A DNA stretch of 64,000 nucleotides from contig NC_045697.1 of assembly GCF_009834535.1 (NCBI RefSeq), positions 18,168,001 to 18,232,000 of the forward strand, read 5' to 3'. Origin of the DNA: Camelus ferus (taxonomy: Eukaryota). Below the pieces are notes generated by a model. The model saw nothing but the letters and a program-made list of their open reading frames with translations. It did not search any database and had not been told where the DNA came from. The translations under genes were made by a program, and so were the position numbers. This document shows, piece after piece, positions 11,935-25,459 of this stretch (positions within the stretch are counted from its first letter, which is position 1; every line of letters starts with the position of its first letter).

Positions 11935-14633
11935 TTTTTTTAATTGAAGTATAATTGACTTACAATATTATGTTAGTGTCAAGTGTGCAACATAGTGATT
12001 CAATATTTTTATGTACTATAAAATGATCACTACAAGTCTAGTTATCATCTGTCAGCATACAAAGTTATTACAATGTTATTGACTATATTCCTTATGCTGT
12101 ACATTACATCTCTATGATTTATTTATTTTACAGCTGGAAGTTGGTACCTCTTAATCCCTTTCACCTGTTTCACTCCCTTCCCCTCTAGCAACCACCAGTT
12201 TGTTCTCTGTATCTATGAGTCTGTTTTGTTTTGTTTTGTTTGTTCTTTTTTTTTTTTTTTTTTTTTTGATTCCACATATGGGTGGGATCATAGGGTATTT
12301 GTCTTTCTGTCCGACCTATTTCACTTAGCATTATGCTCTCTAGGTCCATCCATGTTGCAAATGGCAAGATTTCTTTCGTTTTTGTGGCTGAGTGATATTT
12401 CATTGCATACATACATCACATTTTCTTTATCCACTTATCTATTGATGAATACTTAGGTTGCTTCCATATCTTGGCTATTATAAATGATACTACAATGAAC
12501 ATTGGGGTACATATCTTTTTGAAATCGTGTTTTCATTTTCTTGGGATAAATATCTAGAAGTGAAATCACTGGATCATATGGTAGGTCTATTTAAAATTTT
12601 GAGGAAACTCCATACTGTTTTCCATAGTGACTGTACCAATTTACAATCCCACTAACAGTGCAGTATAAGAGGACTCCTTTTTCTCTACATCCTTGCCAAC
12701 ATTTATTAGTTGTCTTTTTGATAATAGTTATTCTGACAGATGTGAGGTGATAGCTCATTGTGGTTTTAATTTTCATTTCCCTGATGATTAGTGATGTTGA
12801 GCACCTTTTCATGTGCCTGTTGGCCATCTATACATCTTCTTTGGAGAAGTGTCATTCATGTCCTCTGCTCATTTTTAAATCAGATTGTTTGTCTTGTTTC
12901 TTGATATTGAGCTGTATGAGTTCTTTATATTTTGGATATTATCTCCATATCAGACATATCATTTGCAAATATCTTCTCCCATTCAGTGGATTGCCTTTTC
13001 ATTTAGTTGATGGTTTCCTTCAGTGTGCAAAAAACTTTTTAGTTTGATGTGGTCAAATTTGTTTATTTTTGCTTTTGTTGTCCTTGCCTCAGGAGACAGA
13101 TCCAAAAAAATATTTCTAAGACCAACGTCACAGAGCGTACTGCTTATATTCTTTTCTAAAGGTTTTATAGTTTCAGGTCTTACATTTAAAGCTTTAATCC
13201 ATTTTGAGTTTATTTTTTGTATATTGTGTAAGAAAGTGGACTAGTTTCATTCTGTTACATATGACTGTCCAGTATTCCCAGCACCATTTATTGAAGAGAC
13301 TTTTTTTCCTGGTTTTGTTTTTTTTTCTTTTTTTTTTTTTGGCTTCTTTGTTGTAGATTAAATTGCCATATAAATGTAGGTTTATTTCTGGGCTCTCTGT
13401 GTCTGATTTTGTGCCAGTACCATACTGTTTTGACTACGTAGCTTTGTAGTATAGTTTGGAATCTGGACATATAGTGCTTACTGCTTTGTTCCTCTTTCTC
13501 AAGATTGCTTTGGCTATCTGGGGTCTTCTGTGGTTTCGTGTTCTTGTTCTGTGGAAAATGCCATGGGTATTTTTATAGGGATTGCATTGAATCTGTAGAT
13601 TGCTTTGGGTAGTATGAACATTTTAACATAAGGGTGGAATATCTTTCCATTTATTTTTGTTGTCTTTAATTTCTTCCATCAATGTCTTATAAGTTTCAGA
13701 GTACAGGTCATTCACTTCCTTGGTTAAATTTATTCCTAGGTATTTTATTGTTTTTGATGCAATTGTAAATGCTATTGTTTTCTTAATTTCTCTTTCTAGT
13801 TGCTCATTATTAGTGTATAGAAATGCAACAGATTTCTGTATATTAATTTTGTATCCTGCAACTTTACTGAATTCATTTATTAGTTCTAATAGTTTTTTTA
13901 GTGGAGTATTTAGGGGTTTTTCTATATATAGTATCATGTCTACAAAAATGATAGTTTTACCTCTTGCCTTCCAATCTGGATGACTTTTATTTCTTTTTCT
14001 TGTCTGATTGCTGTGGCAAGGACTTCAGACACTATGTTGAATAAAAGTGGTGAGAGTGGGCAACTTTGTCTTGTTCCTGACCTTAGAGGAAAAGTTTTCA
14101 GTTTTTCATCATTCAGTATGATGTTAAATGTGATTTTGTGATATATGGTCTTTATTAATTTGAGGTATGTTCCCCCTATACCCACTTTGTTGAAGAGTAT
14201 TTACTGTCAATGGATGTTGAATTTTGTCAGATGCTTTTTCTGCATATATTGAGATGATCACCTGATTTTTACCCTTTGTCCTATTAATGTGGTGTATTAT
14301 GTTGATTTACAAACATTGAACCATCTTTATACCCTTGGAATAAATCCCACTTGATCCTTCCTTTTAATGTATTGTTTAATTCAGCTTGCTAATATTTTGT
14401 TAAGAATTTTTGCATCTATTTTTATTAGGGATATTGGTCTTCAATTTTCTTTTCTATTCTTTTTATTAGGGATATTGGCCTTCAATTTCCTATTCTTTTC
14501 TTTTTTTTTCTGTGGTGTCTTTGATTTTGGTATCAGGGTAATGCTGGCCTCATAGAATGAGTTTGGAAGCATTCCTTCCTCTTCAACTTTTCTGAATAGT
14601 TTGGGAAGGATAGATATTAACTCTTCTTTAAAT
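11935..14633 (-). mobile_element. 5'-truncated L1 (about 2.7 kb): decayed ORF2 RT/C-terminus plus 3'UTR
   Basis: Minus-strand ORFs give L1 ORF2 peptides [27 protein letters not shown]...[21 protein letters not shown]...[11 protein letters not shown] and [18 protein letters not shown]; broken by frameshifts and stops. Confidence 0.96.
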
Positions 14634-14639
14634 ATTATG

Positions 14640-15835
14640 CTCTAAAACTTTTGATCGGAGCAACTGAGTGAATCATTACTGAGATGAGGAAGGCTGAGGA
14701 AGTCAAGAGTGGAGTTTAGATCATGTTGTGTTTGAAAGGCTGGTGGGATATGCCTGTGAAGGGAACCATTGAGAGGCAGTTGGAAACTCATGTCTGAAGC
14801 TCAGGTCCAGGCTGGAGATAACATATTTTGGAGCTGTCAGCACAGAGGTAGCATTAGAAGGCATTTAAATACAAGGGCATGGTCCAATGGTGATCCTGAG
14901 TCCTGACCAGCCTTTAAAAAAAAAAGGGAAAGTGAATAGAATAGAAAATTTCAGACTGTGTTTTACATAGTGATGTTAGTCATTGTTTTGTGAAATATTT
15001 TATTTCAGTTGTGTTTGTGTGTATAAGCAAACTGGGTCAGGATGTAAAATGTATTTCTTACTGTGAGTCATGGTCAAAAGTTTGAAAGTCATTCATCTAA
15101 GGACTGAGTGGAAGAGAACTGAGGACTGGTTCCTGAGGCACTTTGACATGTAAGGGTCAGGAAGGGAATTCAACAAGTGACTTGTGAGAAGGAGTGACTG
15201 GCCACGATGTAGGAGGAACATTAAGAAAGAAACTGAGCGATAAAATCATTCAAGTCTGAGAGAGGGATCATGCACCTCAAATGCTGTCATGAGGTTGAAT
15301 AAGATGACCAAGCACTGACCATGGGGTTAGGAACATGGAAGGCAATGGTGACCTTGATAAGAAACTCTTTTAGTGGCGTATTGGCGGCCAAAGCCTGGTT
15401 AGAATGGATTTGGGAAAGAATGGGAGGGAGGAAAGAAGTAAAGACAGAAAGTGGATGACTCTTTCAAAGAATTTTGCTAAAAGAGGAGCAAGAGAAATGG
15501 GACAGTAGCTAAGAGGGCCATGTAAGGTCAAGGAAGGGGTTGGTTCCTAAAGATGGCAGAAAAGCCAGCCAGTTATATGCCAATGGGAAAGATTCCCATT
15601 GAGGAAAGAAGTGAATGATACAGGGGTGGGGGGTAGTACTTTCAGGAAAGTTGTCCTGGAGCAGGTGAGAGGGAAGAGGATGTAGTAAGGGAGAAGGTGT
15701 TGCTTGGGATAAGAGCCGGCAGAGCTTAGCCAGGTGCAAAGCGGGAATGCAGAGTATAAGGGTACAAATTCAGGAAGATGAGTTAATTTGGTGGAGGCAT
15801 GGGAAGGTTTCTCCTGAGGGCTCCCATTTTCGCAG
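14640..15835 (-). mobile_element. L2 (continuation right of the L1 insertion)
   Basis: gagcaactgag...tactgagatgaggaagg, gagaggcagttgga, gtgaccttgataaga, atcagctgagaatgagg. Confidence 0.7.
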
Positions 15836-15924
15836 CAAGATTAGAAATGGTATCATCAGCTGAGAATGAGGAAGGAGAAGTCAGTGATTCCTTCTCACTC
15901 ACTCAACAAAAATGATAAAGCCCT

Positions 15925-16290
15925 CCAGTGGTGTGCAGCCTGCCCCTGGAGCCTGCCTGCTTGTCTTCCTCTCCCTGACCCGAGGCCGAAGCTTGGAGGC
16001 CCACGTGGTGGCTGTAACTCTGGCCTCACTTGGGGCCAAGTGTAGTATCTGCTTTCCAGACAAAATCCCACCCAAGGGCCCGGAATCCACCAATTATGAC
16101 ACCCACACTGAATAAGTGAGGTCATCAAAAAGGGTAATTGAGGCACAAAGCAGAATGAAGCCAGATCTATGGAATCAGCCCAGTGGGGACGGAGGTCTGG
16201 GCAACTATGACTCAGGCCCCCACCACTGGCTCGCTTTTCCCTAGGAACTGGGAAAAATGAGCCGGCACTTTGGTTGCTCACAGCCCCAGG
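15925..16290 (-). mobile_element. Ancient ERVL LTR (LTR33-like) fragment
   Basis: gccagatctatggaatcagcccag...ctgggcaactatgactcagg resembles the reverse complement of the recalled LTR33 consensus. Confidence 0.45.
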
Positions 16291-17865
16291 CAAAAAACAA
16301 ACAAACAAAAAACCCCCAAAAAACAAAACCTGTGTGAGGGAAACTGAAAAACTGGAAGAAAATGCACCCAAACTGTCATCGTGACTATTCATTGATAGTA
16401 ACTTTCCTCTTTCTTTTTAATTTTTAAGAAATTTCACAATTTCCACAATGACTCTCCATTCCTTTTAGAAGAGAAATCTTTAGTGTGTTTTTTTTTTTCT
16501 TATTTTTTTTCAAAACATGAGGATTGATTCAGGTTTTCAAACTGCAACTCAGGAATCCCAGGGGTTTCACAGAGCTTCCTCCCAATCTGCACCCCTGTTC
16601 CTCTGCACTCACCCCCACCCCTGCCCCCAGGTTATCAGGGCTGGAAGGGAGATTAGGAGGGGGAAAGACTACGGGAGGCTGGGGGATTAGATGACACAAT
16701 TCTGCTTAGGTCTGTTGTATCTGTTTACAATGAAAAAAAAATCACTGAAAAGGATGATTCCTAAAGTTTGTTCCAACTTAAACATAAAACATTCTGTGCT
16801 TCTGTGTTATCTGTAAACTGTTGAGATCATGGCCACACTGTGATTTTATCTGAACAAAGGTTTCTCTGGAGGTACACCACATGATGGGGCCTTAAATTCC
16901 TGGGATAGGAGAAAGTGTTTTAACAGATCCCCTGGGAGATAAGAGTCAGTGGGTAGGGTACCACAGTGCTTGGATCAGCACAGTTTACTTTGGAAGTTTC
17001 TGGAAAAAGTCAAAATTTGGCCAGATTTCCCATAAAGGGCAGGGACTATGTGACTTGTGCCGTGACCCCAAATTAGAAGAGTCTCACTTCCTGAACCAAG
17101 ATGAGATTAGGTTGTGTTTGCCCCACTGTGACTGCCCACTGCATTTTTCTGAGTCACATTCAAGGGTCCCACCCCCTGCAGATGAGAAAGAATGAAATAA
17201 CAGCGAACAGTAGCAGTTGAAGATGGCAAACCTCCCAGACCTTTCTCAGGAGTCCTGAAGCCTCCAGCAAGGGAGGGGAAAGAGCCCAATTTTATTGAGT
17301 TCCTATAGGGATACAGAGCGTTTATTGTTCCTGGTAACTAGCAGCTGTCCTCAGCATAAAATCCTCTGGACAGCTGCCCAGTGCCAACATGGACACATCT
17401 CGGGGCAAGGAGCCCTCCGCACCTTCCTCATTCTGTGATGGGAGAGAGCTAAAGGGGCAACCACGCCATCATTAGTAGTGGGAAGGCACTGGGTGTTTTG
17501 GAGATTTGGGGGAAGAATGCGATGGCTGCAATCAGGAGGGCTCCTGGAGACCATCCTTCCTGAGATGAGCCAGGTTCTGATAAAGGGGGAATTGGCACAA
17601 AATCAGGCGATGATGCTGAAGACGTTGGCTGTCCTCTGTGTTATTCATTCATTTCATGAATGTCAGTTGAGTTCTACTCTGAGCCAGGCAACCTTCTAGG
17701 TTTGGGGGACATGGCAATGAGAAAAAGGAGGTACTCACTCTCCAATTCCCTCCAGGACCCCAAAAGTTTAGTGATATCTGCCTTCTATTGTCATTAATAA
17801 CTTAAGTTCTAACAGAAAAGAAAAAAAAGAACTTAAGTTCTAGAAAGAATTAAACAGCGATACTA

Positions 17866-18200
17866 GGCAGTGGTAGTGAGCTAGCCAGCACCTAGTATGT
17901 GGCATTTGGCCTGAGATGTATTTTGTTTGACTCCTACAGTTGGGTTTTGGAGTTGCTGTTGTTTTTAATTTAAGCCAACCCCCAAAATTCTGAAATTTTA
18001 CCAAAAAGTCTTAATTTCTGGCTTCTGAGATGTGAGAGGAGTGACAACACTGGTCTTCGTTCCCAATAGCAGCCGTCAGCTAAAGCTGAGGAGCAGCTGC
18101 CACTTCTGGGGGAAAATAGGTGTGTCAGTTCGCTATTCTGAGACCTCCTGTTTCACCTGGACTTTTCACTCTAGACTTACCTGGCCATGGCATTGGGCAT
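17866..18200. mobile_element. hAT-Charlie fossil (MER102-like)
   Basis: tttggcctgagatgtattttgtttg...atttctggcttct...gacaacactgg. Confidence 0.45.
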
Positions 18201-18477
18201 TGGCCAGAGTGCTGGCTCGGGAAGGTGTTGTATTTCCTCTGTGGAAACTACACCCTGAACCCCACTTTCTCATGACCGCTTTGGTTTCATTACTATAACC
18301 AGGCTCTGCGCTAGGCACCAGGGACACAAAAACTAATAAAGCACTGTGTTTGCCCTTCTTCAGGGAGGGCTTCCTGGAGGAGGTGACACAGAGGGGAGAA
18401 AAGAGATAAGCCATGGAGGTTCTGCTGGAGCAGACTGGGCTTTATCTTAAAGGCCAGCAGTTCCCCCAAATTAGATA

Positions 18478-18630
18478 GATGCACACCAGAATCACAGGTA
18501 TGATTGCTGGACCCCATCTCTGGACTTTCCCATCAGGAGATTTGGGATGGGGCCTGAGAGCTGCATTGCCAGCAGGGTCCCAGTGCTGCAGGTGCTGCTG
18601 GTCTGGGAACCGCACTTTAGAAACTACCAT
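18478..18630. mobile_element. MER5A (hAT-Charlie)
   Basis: gattgctggaccccatc...gggatggggcctgagagctgcatt...gctgctggtctgggaaccgcactttagaaactac. Confidence 0.75.
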
Positions 18631-20614
18631 TTAGATGATGAGGTGCTGTTGTGAGTTCTCTGGCTTTTCCTGCCAGCTGGCCTGGCTCTTGCTTTAGTGC
18701 CTGGGAAAGTATAAAACATCCTTGGCTGCTGGAGCTCTGTCTGGTCCTGCTGCTAGACTGCTGTCCCATGATTGAGATTCAAGTTAGCCCAGCACACGGG
18801 GCAGGTTTTCTCTTTAGAAACCACTGGCCCAGAGATCTGTGCTGCCAGAAAACCAGGGATGAATAGGCCGCCTTATTATGGTTTTGGAGCAGGACAGAGG
18901 CCAGCTCTGGGCTGAGTTGGGAGAAAGAAGAAGAAGAAGGAGGGGGAGGGGGGAGGGGAGGCGGAGAGTAGCAGAGGCGATGCAGGTATCACTGAACTTC
19001 TGGGTTCCTAGAGGAAATTGGAGAGTGAACCCTCTCTCCTTGAGTTTTACATTTTAAGTGCATCTTATCTCACCCTGTGCCAGGCCCTGGACAAAGCATA
19101 GGCTTTGGAGTGAGGCAGATTTGAGTGAATCCCAAAAGGCTGGGAAAGGAATGAACCCCTGTGGTCTAGATTTCTCATCTCTAGTGTGTAAACAGTGAAT
19201 AATTGAGACAATATGAGGATGAAAAGAGATAATGCATGAGGAGCTAGTTTGGGGGCTTGGAACCTAGAGGCTCCCCACACAGAACTAAAGATAAGAATCA
19301 GGATGGAGTCCTACTGTGTGCAGAGCCTTATATTTGTCACTGTATGTGCATCAGTTAAATTACTTTTGATGACAATCTATTGCTATAAGCTCTATGAGAG
19401 CAGGTACCAGGACTTCCCATAGAGCCTGACAAATAGTAGGTGCTTCATAATAGCTTCTTGACTGACTGCGGTGTGGGAAGGTCTCTGTCTCTCTGATGGC
19501 CAGGGAGAAGGAACAGGGGAGACTTGAGATTCCAGAGGAAAATAAAACACAAGAATAATTTGTCCCACTAGGAGAGGTGGGAGGAGAAATTGGTTATGAT
19601 AAAGTAGGTAGCAGTGAAACAAAAGAGGGTAACAGGGGGTTTTAAGGGAACATTTATAACTTAAAAAAAATGGATTCAAGGTTAAAAAAAAATTCAAGAT
19701 ACTGAGGTCTGACTCATTAAATTGATAATTACATATTGTACCCACTATGTGTTCAGTATGTGTATAGTGTGGTGGGAAGGGTTTGAGAGCCAGAGAGGCC
19801 AGGGTTTGAGATCCTGACTTTGGTTCTAGTTGTAACAGATGCATAACAAGAAATAAATGGAATAACAGCTGTTTCCTTAGCCCTCACTATATACTAGGCA
19901 CTATGATAATAGTTGGTATTCCTTAATTTACTAAACAACTTATAAAATATGCAAAGTTCTACAACCTTTATTATTAGGACCTTAGTTAAGACTCAAGCAA
20001 CACATTTACATCTCCTACAAGTACTAATCATTACTGTGGTTAAGCTCCTGTGTGTTAGACATCATGCAAGGCACTTTACCCATAAACATTTACATTCACC
20101 AATGTCATAAAGTGTAAGTCTGTGATATCTGTGACTATAACTCCAAAGGTGTATTTGTTACTAGGCACCAGCAGAGTATCTGACTACCGCCAGCACTGAA
20201 TAAATGGTACTATTACTATTCTATGCAAGGCTGCTTGATGAATTTCACATCTTATTTGAATCTTATTGAAGAGTATCTTATTTGAATACTCAAAACCATT
20301 TTTGGAGTAGGTTGAGTAGAGATTATCTTGTTGTTGAGAAACAGAGTAAAATTACCCCAAATCTGAGAACTCCAGTATAGAGGCCTCAGGTCCCACACCA
20401 ATTTATTTAAAAAGCATCTACTTTTAAAATGTCTTGTTACAAAAGGAAAATATGGTCTTGGAAAATATAGAAGGGAAGTCCTGAGCATCTAGTTGGTTTT
20501 TACCTGATGAACACCATAGGGTTTTAACTGGTGTTCTATCCCCCTTCTGGTAGGTGACCAAAAAACTGAGAGCCAGAGGTGCTTTAGCTCTAGCAAATGT
20601 AGATCTGCATTCTG

Positions 20615-20691
20615 TATTAAGTTGAACTGCATGAAATTGGGAAGGTTTTTTGACCTACAAAAATGACGGTTTCATATGGTTCCACTTACTA
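20615..20691. mobile_element. MADE2-like mariner MITE
   Basis: About 77 bp with imperfect TIRs tattaagttgaactgcatgaaatt / ggtttcatatggttccacttacta and TA ends. Confidence 0.7.
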
Positions 20692-23600
20692 TGTAGCACC
20701 TACCTCTTTCTTGCCTCAATCTTACTTCCCTACCTTTCTTTTTGTCTCTTCCTCCTCATTTATTTTTGAATCAATTTTCCTTTGTCTATTTGTAAGTTGC
20801 CTTAAATCCTTTTTGGAGCAGCACAAAATAGACAGCAAATGAACTCACCCATTCCCACTACCAGAGAAAACTGTTCTGAACATCTTTGTGTATTGTTTTC
20901 CAGAATGCTCCCCTGCATATTTATATACATATTTAAGCAAAGTTGAAAACAGCCCACAATTATGTCAGTCTGTGCTCTGTTCCTTTAACCGTTCCCCATT
21001 TAAACTGGATTCTTTGAGGTCGAGTGCTTTCTCACAACTGTGTAACACATCATTTGACGTGTCCTGAATTCTGGCTACATCCAAGGGCTAGATACCCTGT
21101 CAGTGGGCCTGGCTGAGCAATTCTAAAATTATCAACACTGTCACAGGCCCCGAAGAAGCTGCTAATGGATGCAAAAGTTCTAAACGGTTTTGTTCAGGTG
21201 TTATTTTTGGAGCTTTTATGGGACAATCCACTTTATACCTTTTTCTTGCATTGGCTGCGGCCGGGACAGCGCCAAGCTGCTTGCCCACGGCCCTCAGCAC
21301 TGGCTGCCTGAGCAGACAGGCCCAGAACACGGCTGCTGTCTCTCCAGGCCCGGTTTTGACAGCAGAGAGTCCAACAGGCATATCTTTCCTTACTTTAGTC
21401 GCTGGCAGCTTCCTGCTGCTGGGTAATTGGGAATTAACAGGGCAAAGCCAGGGGTTGGTTCTCCTATTGGTCTGAGTGCCTTGCTTTTCCCAGGCCTGGT
21501 GACTCAGAGGGCAGGGCCTGAGCCGAGGAAGAGAAATGAGAGCTTGTTTTCTGGACTCACATCTCTCCTGGGTGCACAGCCGTCTCCCAGTGAGGAGTAT
21601 CACTGTCTCCTCGGAAGCCTCTCTCTGCCACTTTAAAGAGCACTGGCCCCACTGAATGGATTAGGAGACTGGCAGGGAGAACCATCAGGGGAGGAGGGGC
21701 AGAGGACAAGCCATTTCCAAGGCTGATGCAAAGGGCATTGAGCCAGGGTCTCAACACCTGAAAACATATTCTGGCGTCAGGAGGAAAGTTGAATTGGCAG
21801 TCCACAGACCTACTTTGTTTGGCTTGTCTAATTTTTTTCTTTTCCTAGTGGTAAATACCATGTGAAAAACTGGCTATCTGGCTTCTTCAGAAAAGTCTGA
21901 AGATCTGGCGGCCTCAGTCCGGGTCTTCTCATGCAGCATCTGGAGCTGAGCCTTTGGCTGGCCATTTCCTGTCCAGGCCAGCACAGAACACACCTGCCTT
22001 CTCCCAGCCTGGCTGCTTGGCCTGGGGCCTGCCCTGGAGGGAGTGACTCCTGCCCAGCTCTACGCTCATCCACTTTGTTTCCTTAACAGCTAAGCCGGAC
22101 TGATAGTGAGCTCCCAAAACAGCAGCACTGTTTCAAGATAGGATGTCTCACCCTGGTGTGTCTTAACTCATCCAAAGGCAGGGACATCGGGGTGGGAGTG
22201 GTTTGCTGGAAGGCAGGGATGCTTAGGGAGGCTCTCTCAGGCTGCTGGATTTCAAGGAAATAGATCTTTCAAGAAGGAAGCAGAGTGAGAGGACATGGTT
22301 ATGGGCAAAAGAGTCTAAGAGCCCCCCCCCCCCCCGTTAGCTGGTAAAGTGTGAGGTGGATAACGGAGTGGGTTAGTGCAGGAAGCATTTCCAGAGGAAG
22401 AGACAGGGTGATGTCATCCCAGCACAGGCCAGGCCTCCCCTAACCTACCCTCAGGTTGTTATATGCATGAGAGTAGGAACCCAAAGGGCTAGAGTTTGTG
22501 TTACTATAATTTATTACACATTTCAGCAGCTTTTCAGGTAAAGCAAAGGACATGTAAAAATGTTTTCAGTGCAATTCTAATCCTTGTCAATGCACAGGTT
22601 CACCTTTGGTAGAGCTTCTTGGGGATGTGGCTGGACTACCCTGTTTTCTACCTATTTAACATAACAGTATTTGTGTATGTATATATAGTATGTTGAAACA
22701 GTCCAGCTCTCATGTATTTGTGTAACTCTTTACAGTTACAAAGCCCTCTTCTTCTGTTAGCTTACTAAATTTTCATCATCTGTAAGTTAGGGAAGGCAGG
22801 TCTAAATGTTGGCCCCATTTAACAGGTAAGAAAACTGAGGCTCAGGTTAGGTGGCTTGTCCATGTCAATGAGTGACAGGATAAATGGAAGAATGGATGAA
22901 TGGATAAAAATCTATAAATTTTTTAAAATTTCAAAATCAATATGTTTGGAGATATATATATATATCTCCATAATAATAAGTTATTAAATCTTATCCTCAG
23001 ATTATCCCCATAAAGGGTGGTCTGTATCTTCCCATCTTTTTCTCTCCATAGCTATTTTCTGCTTTTCAGTGTTACCCCACTGGCTCATGGTTGGCTGGAT
23101 ATAAGAATTTTGTTATGCATGTATGAAACAATATAGTGTCTAGCTTACATTATAGATTATAATGTAAGTCAATGTGGAAAAGTTTGTGAAATGTGTAGTT
23201 GTTACACATTCATTTAAATGGTCTCCAATTGCTTGTCACCATAAGCATCACCAATAAGAACACCTAAATACATAATACTTTGGGGGAGGGTCATTAGGCA
23301 GTCTAGGAGCTAAAGCCAAGCAGAAGACCGTTTTTAAGCACTACTGTCACACTGTCAGCATTATCTCCTGAGATAATACACACATCTTCTTTTTTTCCAT
23401 AGCTCCTCCCACATAATTTTCACTGCTGGTGGGGTGTAGTTGCACATCGTAGGAATATGAGATGCCCTACGGGGCTGTTGAGGGAGCTTTCTGTGTGGGT
23501 GCAGTGCCTGGGAATTACTCACATCCTTCCTTTGGCATCTCCAATCAGGCCTGTTGGACCAGAGTCACCGGAGAGTAGAAGGAAGATGCAAGCCTCCTGG

Positions 23601-24576
23601 AGGGCGTTCAGACTGAAGTTCAGAGCTGTGAGTTCCTCCTTACCTTGAATGTATTATTTCATCTTGTGGGTTTGATTAATTCATTAAGAATTAATTTAAA
23701 CTAATATGATCAAAAGTTATACATTCTAAATTTGAAATCCCCTTGGTTAAAAATGTTTAAGTTGAAATTAAAATATTAGGGAGCAATTTGGATCCCAAAT
23801 CCCAATCCCTCTGCCCAGGAAGAAGCCAACTCTTTGGAGGTCTGTTGTTTAAAAAAGAGGCCATACAACAATCTGTGAAGGAAATAAAAACAAGGTGACA
23901 ATAGTTGTGGGCCAGAGAAATACACAGTAAAGTTCTCTGAGAACTGAATGGTAAGGAGAAGTGTCCTTGTGAAAGTCTGGGAGAATGTTCCTGGCAGAGG
24001 GATGGCAAGAGCAAAGGCCCTGGGGCAGGAATGAGTGATGGAAACAGAAAGGCCAGAATGGCAGGGAAGCCACCTCTTTCTCTGCACTGGACTCCTGGCC
24101 ACCACCCAGGCTGTAAGGCTCAGAGTTAATTACCCCAGATCCTTTGTATGGCACTAACTGTTAGTTTTATTCCTAATACGGGCTGTCCTTATAAAGTGGG
24201 AGTTCAGTGCCAATGGTCTCAACTATTTAGAACCTAGCCCAGGACTATGTAGTAAGAAACAGTTTTCTGATTATCCCAGGTAAATGTTATTAAGTCTGGG
24301 TAGCAAAAGATACATATAAATAGAACTTTCAGGCTACTTGCTCTTGCTTGACACACAGTTTTAATGACTATCAGCTGAATGGATAAATAAACGAGGTGAG
24401 CTATTTTCTTAATCCACAACAGGTTAGAAATAGCAATATAATAATGATGGATGGTGAAAATGATAAAGCAGGGAGGTTACTGCTACATATATTTATGGTG
24501 AAAACTCAGAGCCTGTGAATGGCCTGCCAACACTATGCTGCAAAGGAAGAGGCAGAAAAAGTACCCCCAAAATGAT

Positions 24577-24672
24577 GTGTTTATATATATACACACACAC
24601 ACACATATACATATGTATATATATTTATATACATACACAGAGATATATACACAGTCATGCAGACACACACAC
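24577..24672. repeat. Compound (TA)n/(CA)n microsatellite
   Basis: tatatatatacacacacacacacatatacatatgtatatat...cacacacaca. Confidence 0.85.
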
Positions 24673-24878
24673 AGAGGAAAAATTTTAAAGCGGAGTAGCA
24701 GTTTGGGTCTATTTAGGATATAAAAACAGCTCTGAGGGGCTTAAGGAAATATGGGATTGTCATTGGATTTTATAAAATGATCATAAGTCAGTAAGTCATC
24801 AGAAGGTGGTTATATTCAGTTTGCTCCTGGCAGGAAAGTCTGTGTGTGTTCTATTTTAAAAGTTTATCACATAATTGG

Positions 24879-25279
24879 TGTTGGAGGAGGTAATAAAGAG
24901 TATGTGACCACCAGTTGACCCACGAGCTGGACCTGAGCAACTGCAGGCTCCTCAGCCCCTCCCCTGTCCTTGGAACATACATTCTGTCAACCATACCCAC
25001 AGCAGGAACTGTTCCAAGGACACAACCTTGAGAGAGTAAGGTGTTGCTGAGACCATCTGGGTGGTATATGTGACTGAGCCCAGTTAAGGCTTCCATATAA
25101 ACATTTAAGCTTCTGGTGGGTGGGTGCAGAAATCTACTTCTCTTGCAGCTGCCCAAGACAAGCCTCGTATCTGAGTTCCCTTCCTTACTAAACTTGCCAC
25201 CTATCAATTTTGAAGCCGCTGCCTCTTTCTTCGGTCTCTCCCTGCCCTCTGTGTATGAGGCCAATTTACAAACTCGCCA
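24879..25279 (+). mobile_element. ERV1-type solo LTR, 401 bp
   Basis: TGTTGG...CGCCA termini with 4-bp TSD ttgg (24875-24878 / 25280-25283); TATA-like catataaac near 25095; U5-like gctgcctctttcttcggtctctccctg. Confidence 0.75.
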
Positions 25280-25459
25280 TTGGTTAAGCATCCTGGACAC
25301 AGCAAGCCACATTTAAGTGCTAGGTATGCTGGTGGTAACGGTAAACATTTATGTGACATAGCCAGTAAGTGGCTCAAACTTACTGGCTTCAAAAGGATTC
25401 AAACTCAGTAATATAACCCAGAAACTACCCCTTCCCCTGCGTCTCTCCCCAATATCATA

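Noticed and set aside
12591..14185. Functional reverse transcriptase gene
   Set aside because: These are L1 ORF2 fragments broken by frameshifts and stops, and the element is 5'-truncated with no ORF1 or endonuclease domain.
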